NCBI GenBank assembly: GCA_964016885.1
Contig: OZ024740.1
Location: 361,398,001-361,462,000 of the forward strand
Direction of reading: 5' to 3'
DNA from: Eledone cirrhosa
Lineage: Eukaryota
DNA length: 64,000 nt
Positions 50,788-64,000 of the stretch are shown one piece after another. The translations under genes were made by a program, and so were the position numbers. Below the pieces are notes generated by a model that did no database searches, was not told the origin of the DNA, and saw only the letters and a list, made by a program, of their open reading frames with translations. Within the stretch, counting starts at the first letter, position 1. The number at the start of each line of letters is the position of its first letter.

Positions 50788-52197
50788 ATTCTCTTCTTCG
50801 CCCACTTATTCCTGAGAGGGTCGTGGGGTCAGGGTCCTCAAACAGTCCTTCCAGCGGCTCCTGTCAGAAGCAACTCTTTGCAACTGATCGGGCTTGATCC
50901 CCAATCGAGACCAGCCAAGCTCACAGATGTTATCGATCCATCTTGATCCAGATCTACCCCGGGTCTCCTTCCGGTCGTTTTTTCCCGTAAAATCCGTCCA
51001 GTGATTCTTTCCTGAGACATTATAACCACAGGCCCCTTTTATCGGAGCTGTGATCTCTCAATTCGGGAAGTAGCGGCTCTGTCTGGGGTAACTCTTTGAT
51101 CTTCGAGCTACGTACTCTAGCGAATAACCTTACTCCAAACACCCTTTGGAGGAACCCCATTTCGGCCGCGATCAAATTCTTTCGATCATTACCCCGGATT
51201 CATAACCATAGGTAAGGATTGACACGTATAGGGAATTGAAGATAGCGAGGTTGGCTTTTACACCCACTTCCCTTCTTTTTATTACTGAATACTGAAGCTA
51301 CAGCTCAAATGTGGCAAGGCCGCTGGGGAAGATGAAATCCGGCTTGAAATGTTAAATTCCTTAAATAGAGAATGTATTCTCTGGTTGACATATGTGCGCC
51401 AGGGGGCCGGGATCTCTGGAAAGGCACCTAAGCAATAGCAATCGGTAGTGATAATTCCAATTTTCTAAAATGGAGACAAGAGAGATTATTCCAATTACAG
51501 AGGGATCATCTTGTTAAGCCTCTCCAGTAAAGTCTATGCTAAGTATCTGGCAAAGAGATGCAGGGAGATTGTCGCCCCGGACGCAGCACAGCCGACAAAA
51601 TATTCACACTGTGGAAGGTCTTCAAGAAATCGTGGGAGTATTGCCAAGAGGTATATATGACCGCGTTCCTCGGGACCTGCTGTGGAACGTTCTGTAGGAA
51701 TATGGGATCAATGGTCAGCTTCTTCCTGATGTCTCTATACGATTGCCCGAGTATTTGTGTTTGGATAAATGGTGCTAAATCGAAACCATTCAATGTGGGA
51801 GTCGGACTCCGCCAAGGCTGCGTACTGTCGCCTCTCCTGTTAATTATTTTCATGAACTGGATTGACCTGCTCAGCCGGAGTAGAAGTGGTATCACGACTG
51901 GCAGCTGTAAAATCAGTCGACTGGAATTTGCAGACATGGAGTTACTGAATTCGACAGAAGGTGATCTCCAGCTTCCACTTGATAAGTTTGATGCAGCGTG
52001 TTGCATGGCTGTAATGAAAATCAGTGGTGCCAAGATTGAGACACTTGTCCTCTCAAGGAAGCTTACGCAGTGCACTCTACATGTGAAGCAAATGGAGAAG
52101 TTCAAGTATCTCGGAGCTGTGTTCATGTGTGATGGAAGGTATGAGGCTAAATAAAGCCAGAGCAGATGCAGTAATGCGCCAGCTTCAGCATTCGGTA

Positions 52198-52200
<3 letters not shown>
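50788..52200 (-). mobile_element. Expander-like RTE LINE with 5' inversion (3' part 50788-51300 minus; RT part 51301-52200 plus)
   Basis: Plus: GKAAGEDEI, NYRGIILL, GLRQGCVLSPLL, LEFAD, FKYLG..QLQHSVI; minus continues LQYSVIK..AEMGFL..(GAA) tail. Confidence 0.88.
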
Positions 52201-52272
<72 letters not shown>

Positions 52273-52276
<4 letters not shown>

Positions 52277-52310
52277 TAGCAGTGTATCCCGGCGTTGCAC
52301 GGGTAAGAAC
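52273..52310 (+). mobile_element. Possible Helentron-type non-autonomous element terminus
   Basis: actagcagtgtatcccggcgttgcacgggta hairpin directly after (TA)n; similar actagcag at 23403. Confidence 0.45.
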
Positions 52311-52610
52311 ATTGGTAATAGCACCTCCAATGAGAAACGTTTATTTATGGGTGCCTGTTAAAAACTCACGAAAATATGCCGACGCTTTCTACGGTATTTC
52401 ACACAGTGTTTTATATGAGACAGGCCTACCCTATACAAAATCAAATATCAAGCCAACAACATTACTACTACAACATCTGCCTCAGCAATGTGAATAAATA
52501 AACCCAATAAACCCAAAACATCTCTCACGTTACATCAAAAACATACTAACATCACTACATTCTATCGCTGCATTCAAAATAATTCTACATCACTATATAT
52601 ATATATATAT

Positions 52611-53159
52611 ACTGATGAAGGACTAAATTTATTCATATGTAACCCATTTGCAACCACGCAGCACGCCATGTTTTCATATTTTTCATATATTTATATATTT
52701 TCCTCCGCTGTGACCCGTCTGTTTCTTTCTTACTGCTTCCCCTTTCTCTGTATCTCTCACTTTCTTTTTACCCCCTCTGCCAGTCACTCTCTCTGTTATC
52801 CTCTTCCTCACACTTTCACTCACTCACTCTCTGCTACTCCCTCTCCTACTTCCTCCCGTTTGACCTGTGCGAAATTCTTTTCTCACTCACATTTCGACCA
52901 GGTTGGATGGTTTTTATTCTCTCTCGCCTACGATTTCACAGAACTTATGTTCATCGATTTCAGGGACTTGACTCCTTCCTCACTTTTCGTTGCATTACCA
53001 TCTTTGTTTGTTTACTGTCTCGCTCGTTCCCCCCATTTACGTGTCCCAACGACTTTCTTTAGCCGTTGCTCGCAGCAACCAGAGGTATATGGTCTTTAAA
53101 GCGATGAAATACTAACGAAGGCTGGAAGATCACTGATGAAGGACTAAATTTATTCATAT
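52611..53159 (+). repeat. ~521-bp non-coding unit with 28-bp terminal redundancy between (TA)n tracts
   Basis: actgatgaaggactaaatttattcatat at 52611 and 53132; homologous to 36786-37421. Confidence 0.85.
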
Positions 53160-53650
53160 ATATATATATATATATATCATAAAACATGTCTATAGAATCA
53201 CAAGATAAAATATATACTATTTCCTCTCCCAATTAGCATAATTAACTATATAAAAAATCGAATAGACCAGGCTATACGAGTGAGGCTTCTATGAAGGAAT
53301 CTCCGACAAATAACCAAAACTAGCTCTTCGCGTCGGCCGTAGTGGAATATTTATCGAATATTTCGACAGCGTAATCGCCTAGATACAGTCAACTAAGCAG
53401 AATTAGGTTTAAAATAAACTAGGAGAAAATAGAATACACTTAAATACCTCTACCATGGTTTCGTCCGTGTTTTGAGTTATCCAATAATTATGTAATAATT
53501 ATATAAACCAAAGATTAATATGGTTCATTGATTACTCAATGAATATAGTTTTACAATAGATTAAAAGCACTCTACAAAGAAGTTTTCTGGAGTTATTAAT
53601 ATTATTCAAAATATTAATAAATGAAGACATCCACATAATCAAAATATATG

Positions 53651-53712
53651 TTTTATTATATATATTTCGAAGGTACTGTGCTGTTTTTTCAGTACGTCCT
53701 CGTCAGATAAAA
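53651..53712 (-). ncRNA. Minimal type I hammerhead ribozyme
   Basis: ttttat-CTGACGA-ggacgtactg..cagtaccttc-GAAA-tatata-TA-ataaaa. Confidence 0.75.
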
Positions 53713-54139
53713 TACATGAATTGATGTATGACATACCTCAACAGTCTTGATGGTTCAATTCCAGTATTGGCAGTGATTTATTACATCTGTATGTTTCCAC
53801 AGCCAAATAACAGCCAAATTCGCCTCAACTTACAAAAACCAATTAGCTGTGACACATAATTATTTTTTCTGGGTATATAGAAATTAATAGAAGTTTTTTT
53901 TTTACCTTTGATTAATGTTTTCGCGGTGAGGCTTATAATTTATTTAGGTACATACAGGTAAATATACATACCTTGAATTTATCTATATACACGTAAATAA
54001 GATTATACATACCTTGAATTCATCTTAAATTTTCCAATATTGTGTACAATGTTGTGCATAAATATTTATTATTTAATTATATGTTGAGCAAAGTAAACCC
54101 TCATTTTAACGGACACCAAATGAACAGATTTCGGATCAA

Positions 54140-54353
54140 ATAATTGTTTCTGATTTAGGCACAAGGCCAGCGATTTATGTTTTTGGTGGGAAGGAAAAAT
54201 CGATTAAATCGACTCCAGTACATTACTGGTGTTTTATTTTATCGACCCCATAAGGATGAAAGACAAAGTTAACCTCAGAATGTAAAGGGTCGTAATTCAA
54301 TTGCCGCGAAGCATGGTGTCCGTGTCCGATGCTCAACCGATACTGCCAATCCA
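54140..54353 (-). mobile_element. SINE family B variant
   Basis: taattgtttct..ggcacaaggccagc..tttatcgacccc..gatactgccaatcc. Confidence 0.75.
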
Positions 54354-54712
54354 GATAAATAATCTCATCAAACGCACACACACACACACACACAAAATAA
54401 GAAGGACGATTTGTTATGTCTTCATTACGAGTTACGGCTGGCTTTGCCGAATATTAAAAATAAAAATAAAATTAGAATTTTATTTCTTGCTCTAGAACAG
54501 CTGATACATAAATATATGTATGCACACGTACACACACACATACATATATATATATACATACACACTCATATATACATATACATATGTACGTATGGGTTAT
54601 ATCGAACATTAATAATAATGTTCGATCCGTTTGTAAACAAGCGGCCCGATTTGAAGTTGTGCCATGCCGGTGACCAATAATCACCTGTTTATTTAACACT
54701 GGCTTTGAGGAA

Positions 54713-54753
54713 CAATCAACATGTTTCTGGGTCATTACTCTTCATCAGGACTG
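54713..54753 (-). ncRNA. Minimal hammerhead ribozyme
   Basis: cagtc-CTGATGA-agagtaatgaccca-GAAA-catg-TT-gattg; flanks homologous to 21235-21425. Confidence 0.65.
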
Positions 54754-54827
54754 TATACTTCTGCTAGTCTGTTGAACGGTTGAAAATATATAGTATTTTC
54801 TTATACACACACACACACATACACACG

Positions 54828-54867
<40 letters not shown>

Positions 54868-55402
54868 ATTGAAGAAAGAGAGAGTTCTGCGTAAAAAAGG
54901 GAGGAGAGGTAGGAGGTGTTTTGTCTTTCAGGCCATAAGGCCACATTTAATTTGCTTTGGCATCATATTCCTTTATGTTTCGTTCTCCCTTCTTTATATT
55001 AATAAAAGCAGTTTCTTTGCTTCACGCTTTAGTTATTCGTCTGAGGTAACATTATATTTTCTTGTTTCTTTCCTGCTAATTCTCATGTCATTTAACTATT
55101 ATTTTTCGTCTTTTTATTCGTTCCTAGTTTGTGATCAGTCTCTTTGGCCTCGTTACGCGCTCTTTGTCCTGTCTGATTCCGAGCTACCTGTGTGATAATT
55201 TTCCCACTGGCTGGGTTATATTCTACGCATTACAGTCACCATCCTTAAAATTCCCAAAACTAGAATTTCCTTTGATATCTTTGATATCTGTGATATCCTT
55301 GGATTTTCATGCTTGGAAATTATTTGTTTGTTCTGTTTGTATCATTTAATATTTTACTTAGAGATTTTTCCGATGCTACATATTATTTCGTATAAACTTG
55401 CT

Positions 55403-55447
<45 letters not shown>

Positions 55448-55449
<2 letters not shown>

Positions 55450-55660
55450 CAGGTAAGTATGTTTTGAAACAGCGAGCGATATTGAAATTAGAAATAGAAG
55501 CTTTCGCCGTATTTTTTACTAAAGAAATTTTAGCTTGATAGTGGGGTTTAGAACCCTCAAAGAAATGGAAAAAGATGAGTATTGATACATGTACGTCAAT
55601 ACTCATCTTTTTCCATTTAAAAAATAGGGCGAAAGCTTCTATTTTTAATTATAATATATT
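55448..55660. repeat. Nested inverted repeats (PLE-terminus-like fold-back with hammerhead 3' halves GAAA-gc-TT-ctat)
   Basis: Outer IR 55486-55518/55618-55650; inner 23-bp IR 55563-55618. Confidence 0.7.
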
Positions 55661-55671
55661 ATATTATATTA

Positions 55672-56765
<1,094 letters not shown>

Positions 56766-56975
56766 TATATATTTAACCCCCACCCTCATATATATATATA
56801 TATGCATTTTATATTATTGAGAATATTCTCGTTTGCGATTCTAGGTTTCTAGGATTTCCGCTGATCACGCAACTGGGGATATTTGTTACATGGCACTAGG
56901 TAATATAATGATAAACATAATATTCTTTACTTTGGTATTGAACACTTTTTCCTGGTATTTGTTAGCCTATACAGG

Positions 56976-57027
<52 letters not shown>

Positions 57028-57159
57028 AACCAGTAAGACCCCGACGGCTTGAGCTCAGCCATCGGGGTCTTACTGGTTCCTATTACCCACTCTACTACCC
57101 TAATTATTGAGTACTTTGGTGCGTTACCGTCCACCTGGTTCCTTACCACATTTCCTTCG

Positions 57160-57217
<58 letters not shown>

Positions 57218-57379
57218 CAAAATAGAGAAATTAATGTAAGCAAAAAGCCGACAATAATTCAGACATAAATATATATATATATATATATGTATGTAAAAGG
57301 TAAACAGAAATAACAACACAATCGGTACAGTATATGGATGGTATATATTAGGTTAACGCTTGATATAGCAGGAAGAGGG

Positions 57380-57415
57380 TATTAAGGTTTCGGACGCTAG
57401 TCCTTCATCAGAAGA
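57380..57415 (-). ncRNA. Degenerate minimal hammerhead
   Basis: CTGATGA-a-ggac-tagc-gtcc-GAAA-cct-TA; stems I and III poor. Confidence 0.45.
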
Positions 57416-57489
57416 AAGAATGTGAAATAGAATAGATTGAGGGGACGGGCGGGATGGAACGCCACGCACACATACACATATATATGTAT

Positions 57490-58100
57490 ACATGGTGACT
57501 GCCAACTCGTTTTCGAGTACGGCCACTACTTTATATCCATGTAGGAGAACCCCTACCGATGCGCTGAACGAGTGTGACTTTTTAGTCCAGCCAGCGACTT
57601 GAAAACTCTGGTACAAACACTACACTTGTGACAATTATTGACACAGTGCTGGGCCCATGGTACCATGTGACGACAAGTGCAGAGAGATCTCCAGATATAA
57701 AGCAATGCCTGTGCCGTGAATCTTTTATAGTGAGCAATGGCACTGCACAAAGCCAGTCCCACTCTCTTAACCAAGATGATATTTATCAAAAAGAATAACA
57801 AGTCAACATCATTGGATACCATCAGGGTTGCAGGTGTTATATCAGAGTTTTCTTTCTCCTAGATTTCTGCCTTGACAAAGGCTAAGGGGTCATCTCTCCC
57901 GGTGATTTTGGATGGCCATTGACTCTTAAGAGCTCCTTTGCCCTTTGACAGGTTTTGTTTTTAGTCCTGCAGGATGTCCAAAGTCATCCTCCTCACCAAG
58001 AAACCTTGGTGGGGTTGCCAGTTTAGTCGCCAACGACCCGACCATGAGACAGGTTGTACTGGGATACATGTTACCAGTAGCACCAACTGGTGACTTGACA
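57490..58100 (-). mobile_element. Internally deleted RTE-type element (5' leader plus C2H2-finger 3' end)
   Basis: CSVCTRVFKSLAGLKSHTRSAH; 3' end tactcgaaaacgag..gcagtcacc, similar to the tail at 49601-49633. Confidence 0.6.
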
Positions 58101-58125
58101 TACATACATACATACACACACATTT

Positions 58126-58189
<64 letters not shown>

Positions 58190-58429
58190 TGTACCCCTGG
58201 CATTCGGGTCCCGGTTATTCGCGGAATTTCCCTTAGAATGAACTAATAATTGTTCGTGGAAACACCGCATATTCACGGAATCGTAAATATCTTCAGCGAT
58301 TTTGTTTATAGCATTTATTCGTGGCAATAAATATTTTTAAACGCTAAATTATTAATGACAATATACCGTATTTGTCAGTTATTGGGCGCCCTTTCCCCCC
58401 AAAACGCTCCCTCTTTTATTATTATTTTT

Positions 58430-58622
58430 GGCGGGGCATTGGTAGTATCGGTAGAAGGTCGGACGCCATGCTTTGTAGCATAGAATTACGTCTCTTTATG
58501 ATCTAAGTTCAAATCCCGCCGAGGTTAACTATGCCTTTCATCCTTATGGGGTCGATAAAATAAGTGCCAGCAATACACTGGGATAATTGCTGGCCTTGTG
58601 CCCAAAGTAGAAACAATTATTA
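58430..58622 (+). mobile_element. SINE family B
   Basis: Matches the 27517 consensus. Confidence 0.85.
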
Positions 58623-58661
58623 TTTTTTACGTCATATTTTGACGTTTATAGGCATTTCTCT

Positions 58662-59073
58662 TGTAACAAGAGTTGCCTCCCTTGTTGTGACACTCACATC
58701 ACCAATAGATTAACGCTCTCTAGACAGGAAGTAGCTGGAGTTACTTCCCGTTGGGGTGGCAGAACCCTTTTTGTCACTTCCGTCTTGGACCCTATAAAAG
58801 GGATACTCAGAGCGATCTATACCTCTCATTTGCCTTTCGGCTCCTGGCATTCTAACCTGACTGGCCCTTCGGCCAGGCGCGTTCGTCTGGCAACCCTAAC
58901 ATGGCCTCTTGCGAGCTAACTTCAAAACGGTAACAAATGATTTTACTTATTTCTTTCATCTATTCATTGACATGTCAACTATACTATTCTAAATAACTGC
59001 AACTTGTTCAATAAACGTTATATACACAACCTAGTGTCTTGTTATATTCATACACACCAGTATTTTTGTTATA
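58662..59073 (+). mobile_element. Solo LTR (412 bp)
   Basis: TGTAACAA...TTGTTATA termini, 4-bp TSD ctct, TATA-like ctataaaag at ~58792, aataaa at ~59010. Confidence 0.75.
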
Positions 59074-60249
59074 CTCTGGACCACGTCCAATATTTGCGGT
59101 TTTTCACTCATCGCGGGTGCTCTAGGAATGTATCCCCCGCGAATATCGAGGGACAACTGTATATATATAAATAGTTTGTCTTATTTCTGCATTATAAGTG
59201 ATTTCAAGACCTAAACGCGTCTATCGCTTCAGATTCCTGGAAATAAGTAAAAAAAAACAAAATGGAAAATGTAGCTTAGCGCCATGTTGCTGAATTACTA
59301 TCGACGTAAATCTCAGAGAAAGCTTTTCTTTTTCTTACCAAATATTGTTTTTCAACGAAAGAACCTTTTACTCTGGCCTAAACAAGGCAGATTCTAACTA
59401 GTGTCATAGATACGGTTCTTTATTTGGGGAATCCTATTAGCATTCTATGGCCATTGCGAGTATTAAGTTTTAGGTTCCCAAATACAAAGTTTTTTGTCTC
59501 AAAATCGGTACATTACTCGAGCAAGAGTTACTGAATAATGCGACATATCTCATTCGTGATATACCATATACAAAATGATCTAATAGAGTCCTTATCAGGT
59601 TTTGTACTTTTTAAGAATGTCATGCCAATGCGGTTTCATGTGGTACAGGACGTAGAGTGTTAAATGCAAAATACAAATGTAAAATGAATTTGAAATTATT
59701 CGCTATGTGCAACGGTCCGTTTTTTATGCGCTTGCTGCCCATAACGTTAGAACCGGTTCATGTGCCTAAATTGAATATCTATATTTGACCTTAACCTTCA
59801 TTTCAAAATAAAGTAACTATTGATAATAATCCCATTGATTAACAATAATCTTATCAGCTCACGTCAGTTTAATAGATAGCTCCTTTCACTAGTTATCAAT
59901 CAAAGATAAGTTTTCGAAACATTTCCATATACAACCAAACAAACGCATGTTATAGTCACAAACCGGATGTATATTTTGACTGTTAAAACTAAAATCAAAA
60001 GAAAATCCCATTTTCATTGAACGATAGGATATCATAAATGGCATTCATTGGTTGCTGAAAGAAAATGTAAGTGCTTTGTTTAAAATGATAAGAGAATTGA
60101 CTTGTATGGTTTAGAGGGTGCGGTAGAGGCTGGAAAGGGAGAAAACAGAACCATTACATTTCAAACAAAGCGCACGCATACACTTACATATATGCACACA
60201 TATACACATATACACAGAGACACACATACACATATACCCACCTACTCAC

Positions 60250-61256
60250 ACAAATGGAACCTGCTCCTTGTATAGGAGCACATTTTGGAATAGAATAGAA
60301 AGAACTAGGAATTAAGTTAATAAAATAAACTCATGGCATGATAGCAATAAATCCCAGAGTGTAATGTTCATCAATACAACCCCTAGAGGTGAACTAGCTT
60401 ACAAATTTAGAAGGGCCCTAGATAAACTTAAACTAAATATTAAGATAGTGGAAAGACCAGGTACCTCCATAAAAACACTTATTAGTAATACATACCCTTT
60501 TCAAAGACCTCCCTGTATAGATAAGAAATGCATAATCTGTAAACTAAGCCCCCATATTAACTGCAAAACTAGAAACATAGTATATAGCATAAGATGTACT
60601 GAGGGACAATGTAAAGATAAGAATATAATGTACATAGGTGAGACAGTTCGTAGCATAGGAGAACGATTAAATGAACACTGGTGAGAGCTTCAAGATAGAA
60701 AAAAGTCATCAGTACTCCACCAACATGCTAAAATAGAACATAAGGGCAAATTAGAGAACATAGAAATAAAAATAAAATCTACACACAGAAAAAACGCAAT
60801 GTTTAGACAAATCACAGAGGCAATAAATATAAATGAACTCCAACCAAAATTAAATAGAAAACATGAATGGAATAGCAACATCACAACTTACAATTTAGGA
60901 CAAAAATGAAAACACACACACATAGAATAAACAACTAACTAGTAACATGTAAATAAATAAATAAATAAACAAATAAAAACACACACATACACCCGAATGT
61001 AACGCATGCGCAAACTAAGCACACAACACACACAAAAACAAGATGGCGTAGGACACAACAAAGGAGAGGTAAAAAACAAAGAAAAGAATCCCCAGTCACT
61101 GAAGAGCTCACAGAATACGTGACGAAAGAACTTTGACAATATATGAACAACCACCCGGTTGTGGAACCAACCAACCAACCGGAAATTTATAATAAACTGA
61201 AGTGAAAGCAACTGGTGCGTGTGTTTCTTATTGGCAGCATGACCCTCCCAAAGTAT

Positions 61257-61263
<7 letters not shown>
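60250..61263 (+). mobile_element. Neptune-like PLE 3' part (zinc-finger linker, GIY-YIG, terminus) ending at (TA)n
   Basis: PCIDKKCIIC..CKTRNIVYSIRC..YIGETVRSIGERLNEHW*..HQH..RQITEA..LNRKHEW. Confidence 0.88.
61095..61137 (+). ncRNA. Minimal hammerhead ribozyme
   Basis: gtca-CTGAAGA-gctcacagaatacgtgac-GAAA-gaac-TT-tgac. Confidence 0.68.
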
Positions 61264-61305
<42 letters not shown>

Positions 61306-61576
61306 CACCTACATAAACACAAACACACACTCAGACAAACATATACCACATACACACACATCACACATACAGACACATACACACGCACACACATATGTAA
61401 TATATACATAGCACACACAGACACACACATATACACAGATACACATATGTACAGATACAAACACGCACACATACACACATACACACATACACACACACGC
61501 ACACATACAAATTACTGAAAAAAGATTTACATTTTCTGTCCCAGCAACGAACCCATTTTGTCAGCATCTAAACGGT

Positions 61577-61702
61577 TTGTTGCTGTATCTAACTGGCCTA
61601 TTACCATTGACCAAACCCTTGTTGCTGTATCTAACTGGCCTATTACCATTGACCAAACCCTTGTTGCTGTATCTAACTGGCCTATTACCATTGACCAAAC
61701 CC
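61577..61702. repeat. Perfect 42-bp x 3 minisatellite
   Basis: ttgttgctgtatctaactggcctattaccattgaccaaaccc three times with no spacers. Confidence 0.97.
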
Positions 61703-61962
61703 TGGCCACGAAAGGCTGCTGATAGGAGGTAGAATTTGAAGTCAGAACTCAAAGTGCCTGACCAGATACTACAAGACGTGATATCAATTCCATTAATCCT
61801 ATGACCTAGACAGTACCAGCAATGCACTGGGTTATTGCTGGCCTTGTGCCGAAAGTAGAAACAATTATTTATCGATCCCCCAAGGCAAATTTGATCTCTA
61901 CAGAATTTAAGCTCAGAATGCCTGATCAGATATCGCAAGAATAACATTCAATGCGATTCAGA

Positions 61963-62130
61963 ACGTCGGACGCCATGCTTTGCAGCATAGAGTTACGGCC
62001 CTTTATGATCTGAGTTCAAATCCCACCGAGGTTAACTTTGCCTTTCATCCTTACGAGGTCGATAAAATAAAACACCAGTAATACACTGGGATAATTGCTG
62101 GCCTTGTGCCAAATGTAGAAACAATTATTA
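61963..62130 (+). mobile_element. SINE family B
   Basis: Matches consensus; further tails at 61812-61868 and 62714-62790. Confidence 0.85.
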
Positions 62131-62144
62131 TATCCTATACCCAT

Positions 62145-62368
62145 TATTCCATCCAGATTTTGCGGGCAAAACCAACCTGCAGGAGACCCAGGGATAGACC
62201 CCGAACAAGATGGTTGGATAACACACATGAGCTTGGCTGGTCTCGCTTGGGGATCCAGCCGGGTCAGTTGGAGACGGTTGCTTCTGAAAGGACCAGCTCG
62301 AAGGAGTGTTTGAGGACTCTTCTTCCACGAAACTCTCAGGATAAGTGGGCGAAGAAGAAGAAGAAGAA
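62145..62368 (+). mobile_element. Expander-like RTE 3' end with (GAA)n tail
   Basis: QILRAKPTCRRPRDRPRTRWLD; ataagtgggc(gaa)n. Confidence 0.8.
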
Positions 62369-63080
62369 ATACCTATTATTCTATCTATCTTTCTATCCAA
62401 CTATTGTCCCCCTGAACTTCTGATGGAGTCACATTGGTTCCACCGTGATATATGTCGTGGATATTCTAAAACCTAAGCTATACCGTCAAACCAAGAGAGT
62501 AGAGTTTGCTGTGCAAGGTGGATTGGCTGATACAGCGGGTATCGCTGGCTCTTCTCCGCTGCAATGATTTCGCTATCTTGTCCATGTGGCGCAGCTGAGA
62601 TCTACCATCCAGCCAAGGGGGTAACATTTTCTTTCTCCATCTCCAACTTTTCTTTTCCCCTTCTTTTTCTTTCTGTTTCTTTTGTTCCCTCTTTTGTTTT
62701 GCCAATTATGATACTTACGGGGTCGATAAAATAAAGTACCAGTAATGCACTGGGTAATTGCTGGCCTTGTGCTTAAAGTAGAAACAATTATGATACTGTA
62801 ATTAATATCTTAACATGCCGGACTGGAAAGATTCATTGATAGATTCATTTCTTCGAGAAATGAAATAAGAAGCGACAAGTCAAATGAAAGGAATATGACA
62901 AACGTTTTTTTTTTTATTTTTTAATTTTTTTTATTAATAATAATATTTCAAAAATACCTTGTAGTTTTTTTCTTTTTTTTTTTTTTCCCTCTATTTGCAT
63001 TTCAGTTGGTAGAATAATAGTTAACTGAAAATATCTAATATTTATAACTATTTTCTTTAGTTTCAATTCTTCGTGCATTT

Positions 63081-63200
63081 GAGGCGGCGAATTGGCAGAG
63101 TTGTTAGAACGTTGGAAAGAATTCTCTGCGTTTATCTCGCCGAGGTCAACTTTGTCTTTCGAGGTCGATAAATAAAGTACCAGTCCAGTACCGGGGTTGA
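63081..63200 (+). mobile_element. SINE family B-related, decayed (another at ~63520-63703)
   Basis: gaggcggcgaattggcagagttgttag...gtcgataaataaagtaccagt. Confidence 0.7.
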
Positions 63201-64000
63201 TCCTTCTCACTCTCACTTTCTCTCTCACTTTCTCTCCTCTTTCTCTGGAAATATTCGGCTGTGCTGAGACTTGGAAAGGGATGGACTCCACCTAGTTTAA
63301 AATGTCCACGACACGCCGTGTATCACGACGGCGCCCATACGACTGCTTCGTGAGATAAAAAAAGAATCATGTATTCAAACATGAATGATTTCAAGTCTCT
63401 TGGGAAATTTATGTTAATTTTAGCTTTAAAACGTTGCTGTTACGTTTTCTTTCTTTTTCCCTTTTTTTAAATTTTCATATTTCGTTGACACTCTTCAAAC
63501 ACGGGTTGTAGACAAGGACAGTATCATTAGGGTGTACAACGAAGTGTTTCATGGAATTTCATCCAACTCTTTACGTTCTGGGTTCAAATCCCGCCTTTTG
63601 TCCTTCCAGATTTAATAAAATAAACTACCAGTTAAGTACTGGGGTCGATGTAATTAATTTTCCCCACCCCACAAATTGCTGGATTTGAACCTAAATTAGA
63701 AATCATTATATAAGGAAGACAGAAATGAGTGATTTATGAAAATGAAGTGTAGTTTGTATATGATATTGTAGTTGTATATGATAATGTAGATTTTTTTGTG
63801 TCTTTTCGACTCTTTCGAACAATGGCCATACTTTCTGGACTGTTTAAGAAAATTCTTGTTCACTATTTTAACGGATGCTTCCAACATATCAAACAACAGG
63901 TTGTGACACTATTTTGAGCGTAGTTTCAATTTTTCGATAGCGTTTCTTGTGAATTTATACACCAAGCGTCTCCCTTCCACTCTCTCCAAGATACCACGGC

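Larger units (their letters stand above)
58187..59159. mobile_element. pogo/Tigger-like non-autonomous DNA transposon, TA target, with nested SINE and solo LTR
   Basis: ta|cagtgtacccct..ttattcgcgg and ccgcgaatatcgagggacaactg|ta termini. Confidence 0.65.

Noticed and set aside
60682-60684. In-frame TGA in a PLE GIY-YIG domain as possible selenocysteine
   Set aside because: Aligns with Gln in the homologue at ~5565, not with a Cys position; most simply a CGA-to-TGA decay. The Naiad fragments here show ordinary Cys codons.
61577-61702. 42-bp repeats as a CRISPR array or repeat protein
   Set aside because: No spacers, eukaryotic context, and the overlapping ORFs have no support; a simple minisatellite.

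Overview
AT-rich eukaryotic (metazoan) non-genic DNA made almost entirely of nested transposable elements and (TA)n/(CA)n microsatellites. The SINE/LINE repertoire suggests a coleoid cephalopod such as an octopus (inference, not tested). No host gene could be supported, and most short ORFs in the track are microsatellite translations or antisense shadows. Recognisable content: RTE-clade LINEs (one family with a C4HC3 PHD-type finger inside the RT, one Expander/Rex3-like family), CRE-clade RT+RLE elements, a Vingi/Ingi-like fragment, many Penelope-like elements (Naiad- and Neptune/Poseidon-like), a Merlin DNA transposon (8-bp TSD) containing a CsRn1-lineage Ty3/Gypsy provirus (4-bp TSD, about 31-nt tRNA-Trp-like PBS), a pogo/Tigger-like MITE with a solo LTR inside, and two tRNA-derived SINE families. 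The main hidden signal is RNA structure: about 21 complete and several partial type I hammerhead ribozyme motifs from roughly ten sequence families, nearly all in (TA)n-anchored Penelope-like termini that often form fold-back palindromes. Several have non-canonical cores (CCGANGA, CAGAAGA, UUGAUGA), one has a LINE fragment in its stem II loop, and in one family the inversion points map onto ribozyme helices. All structures were read by eye and need computational and biochemical confirmation.
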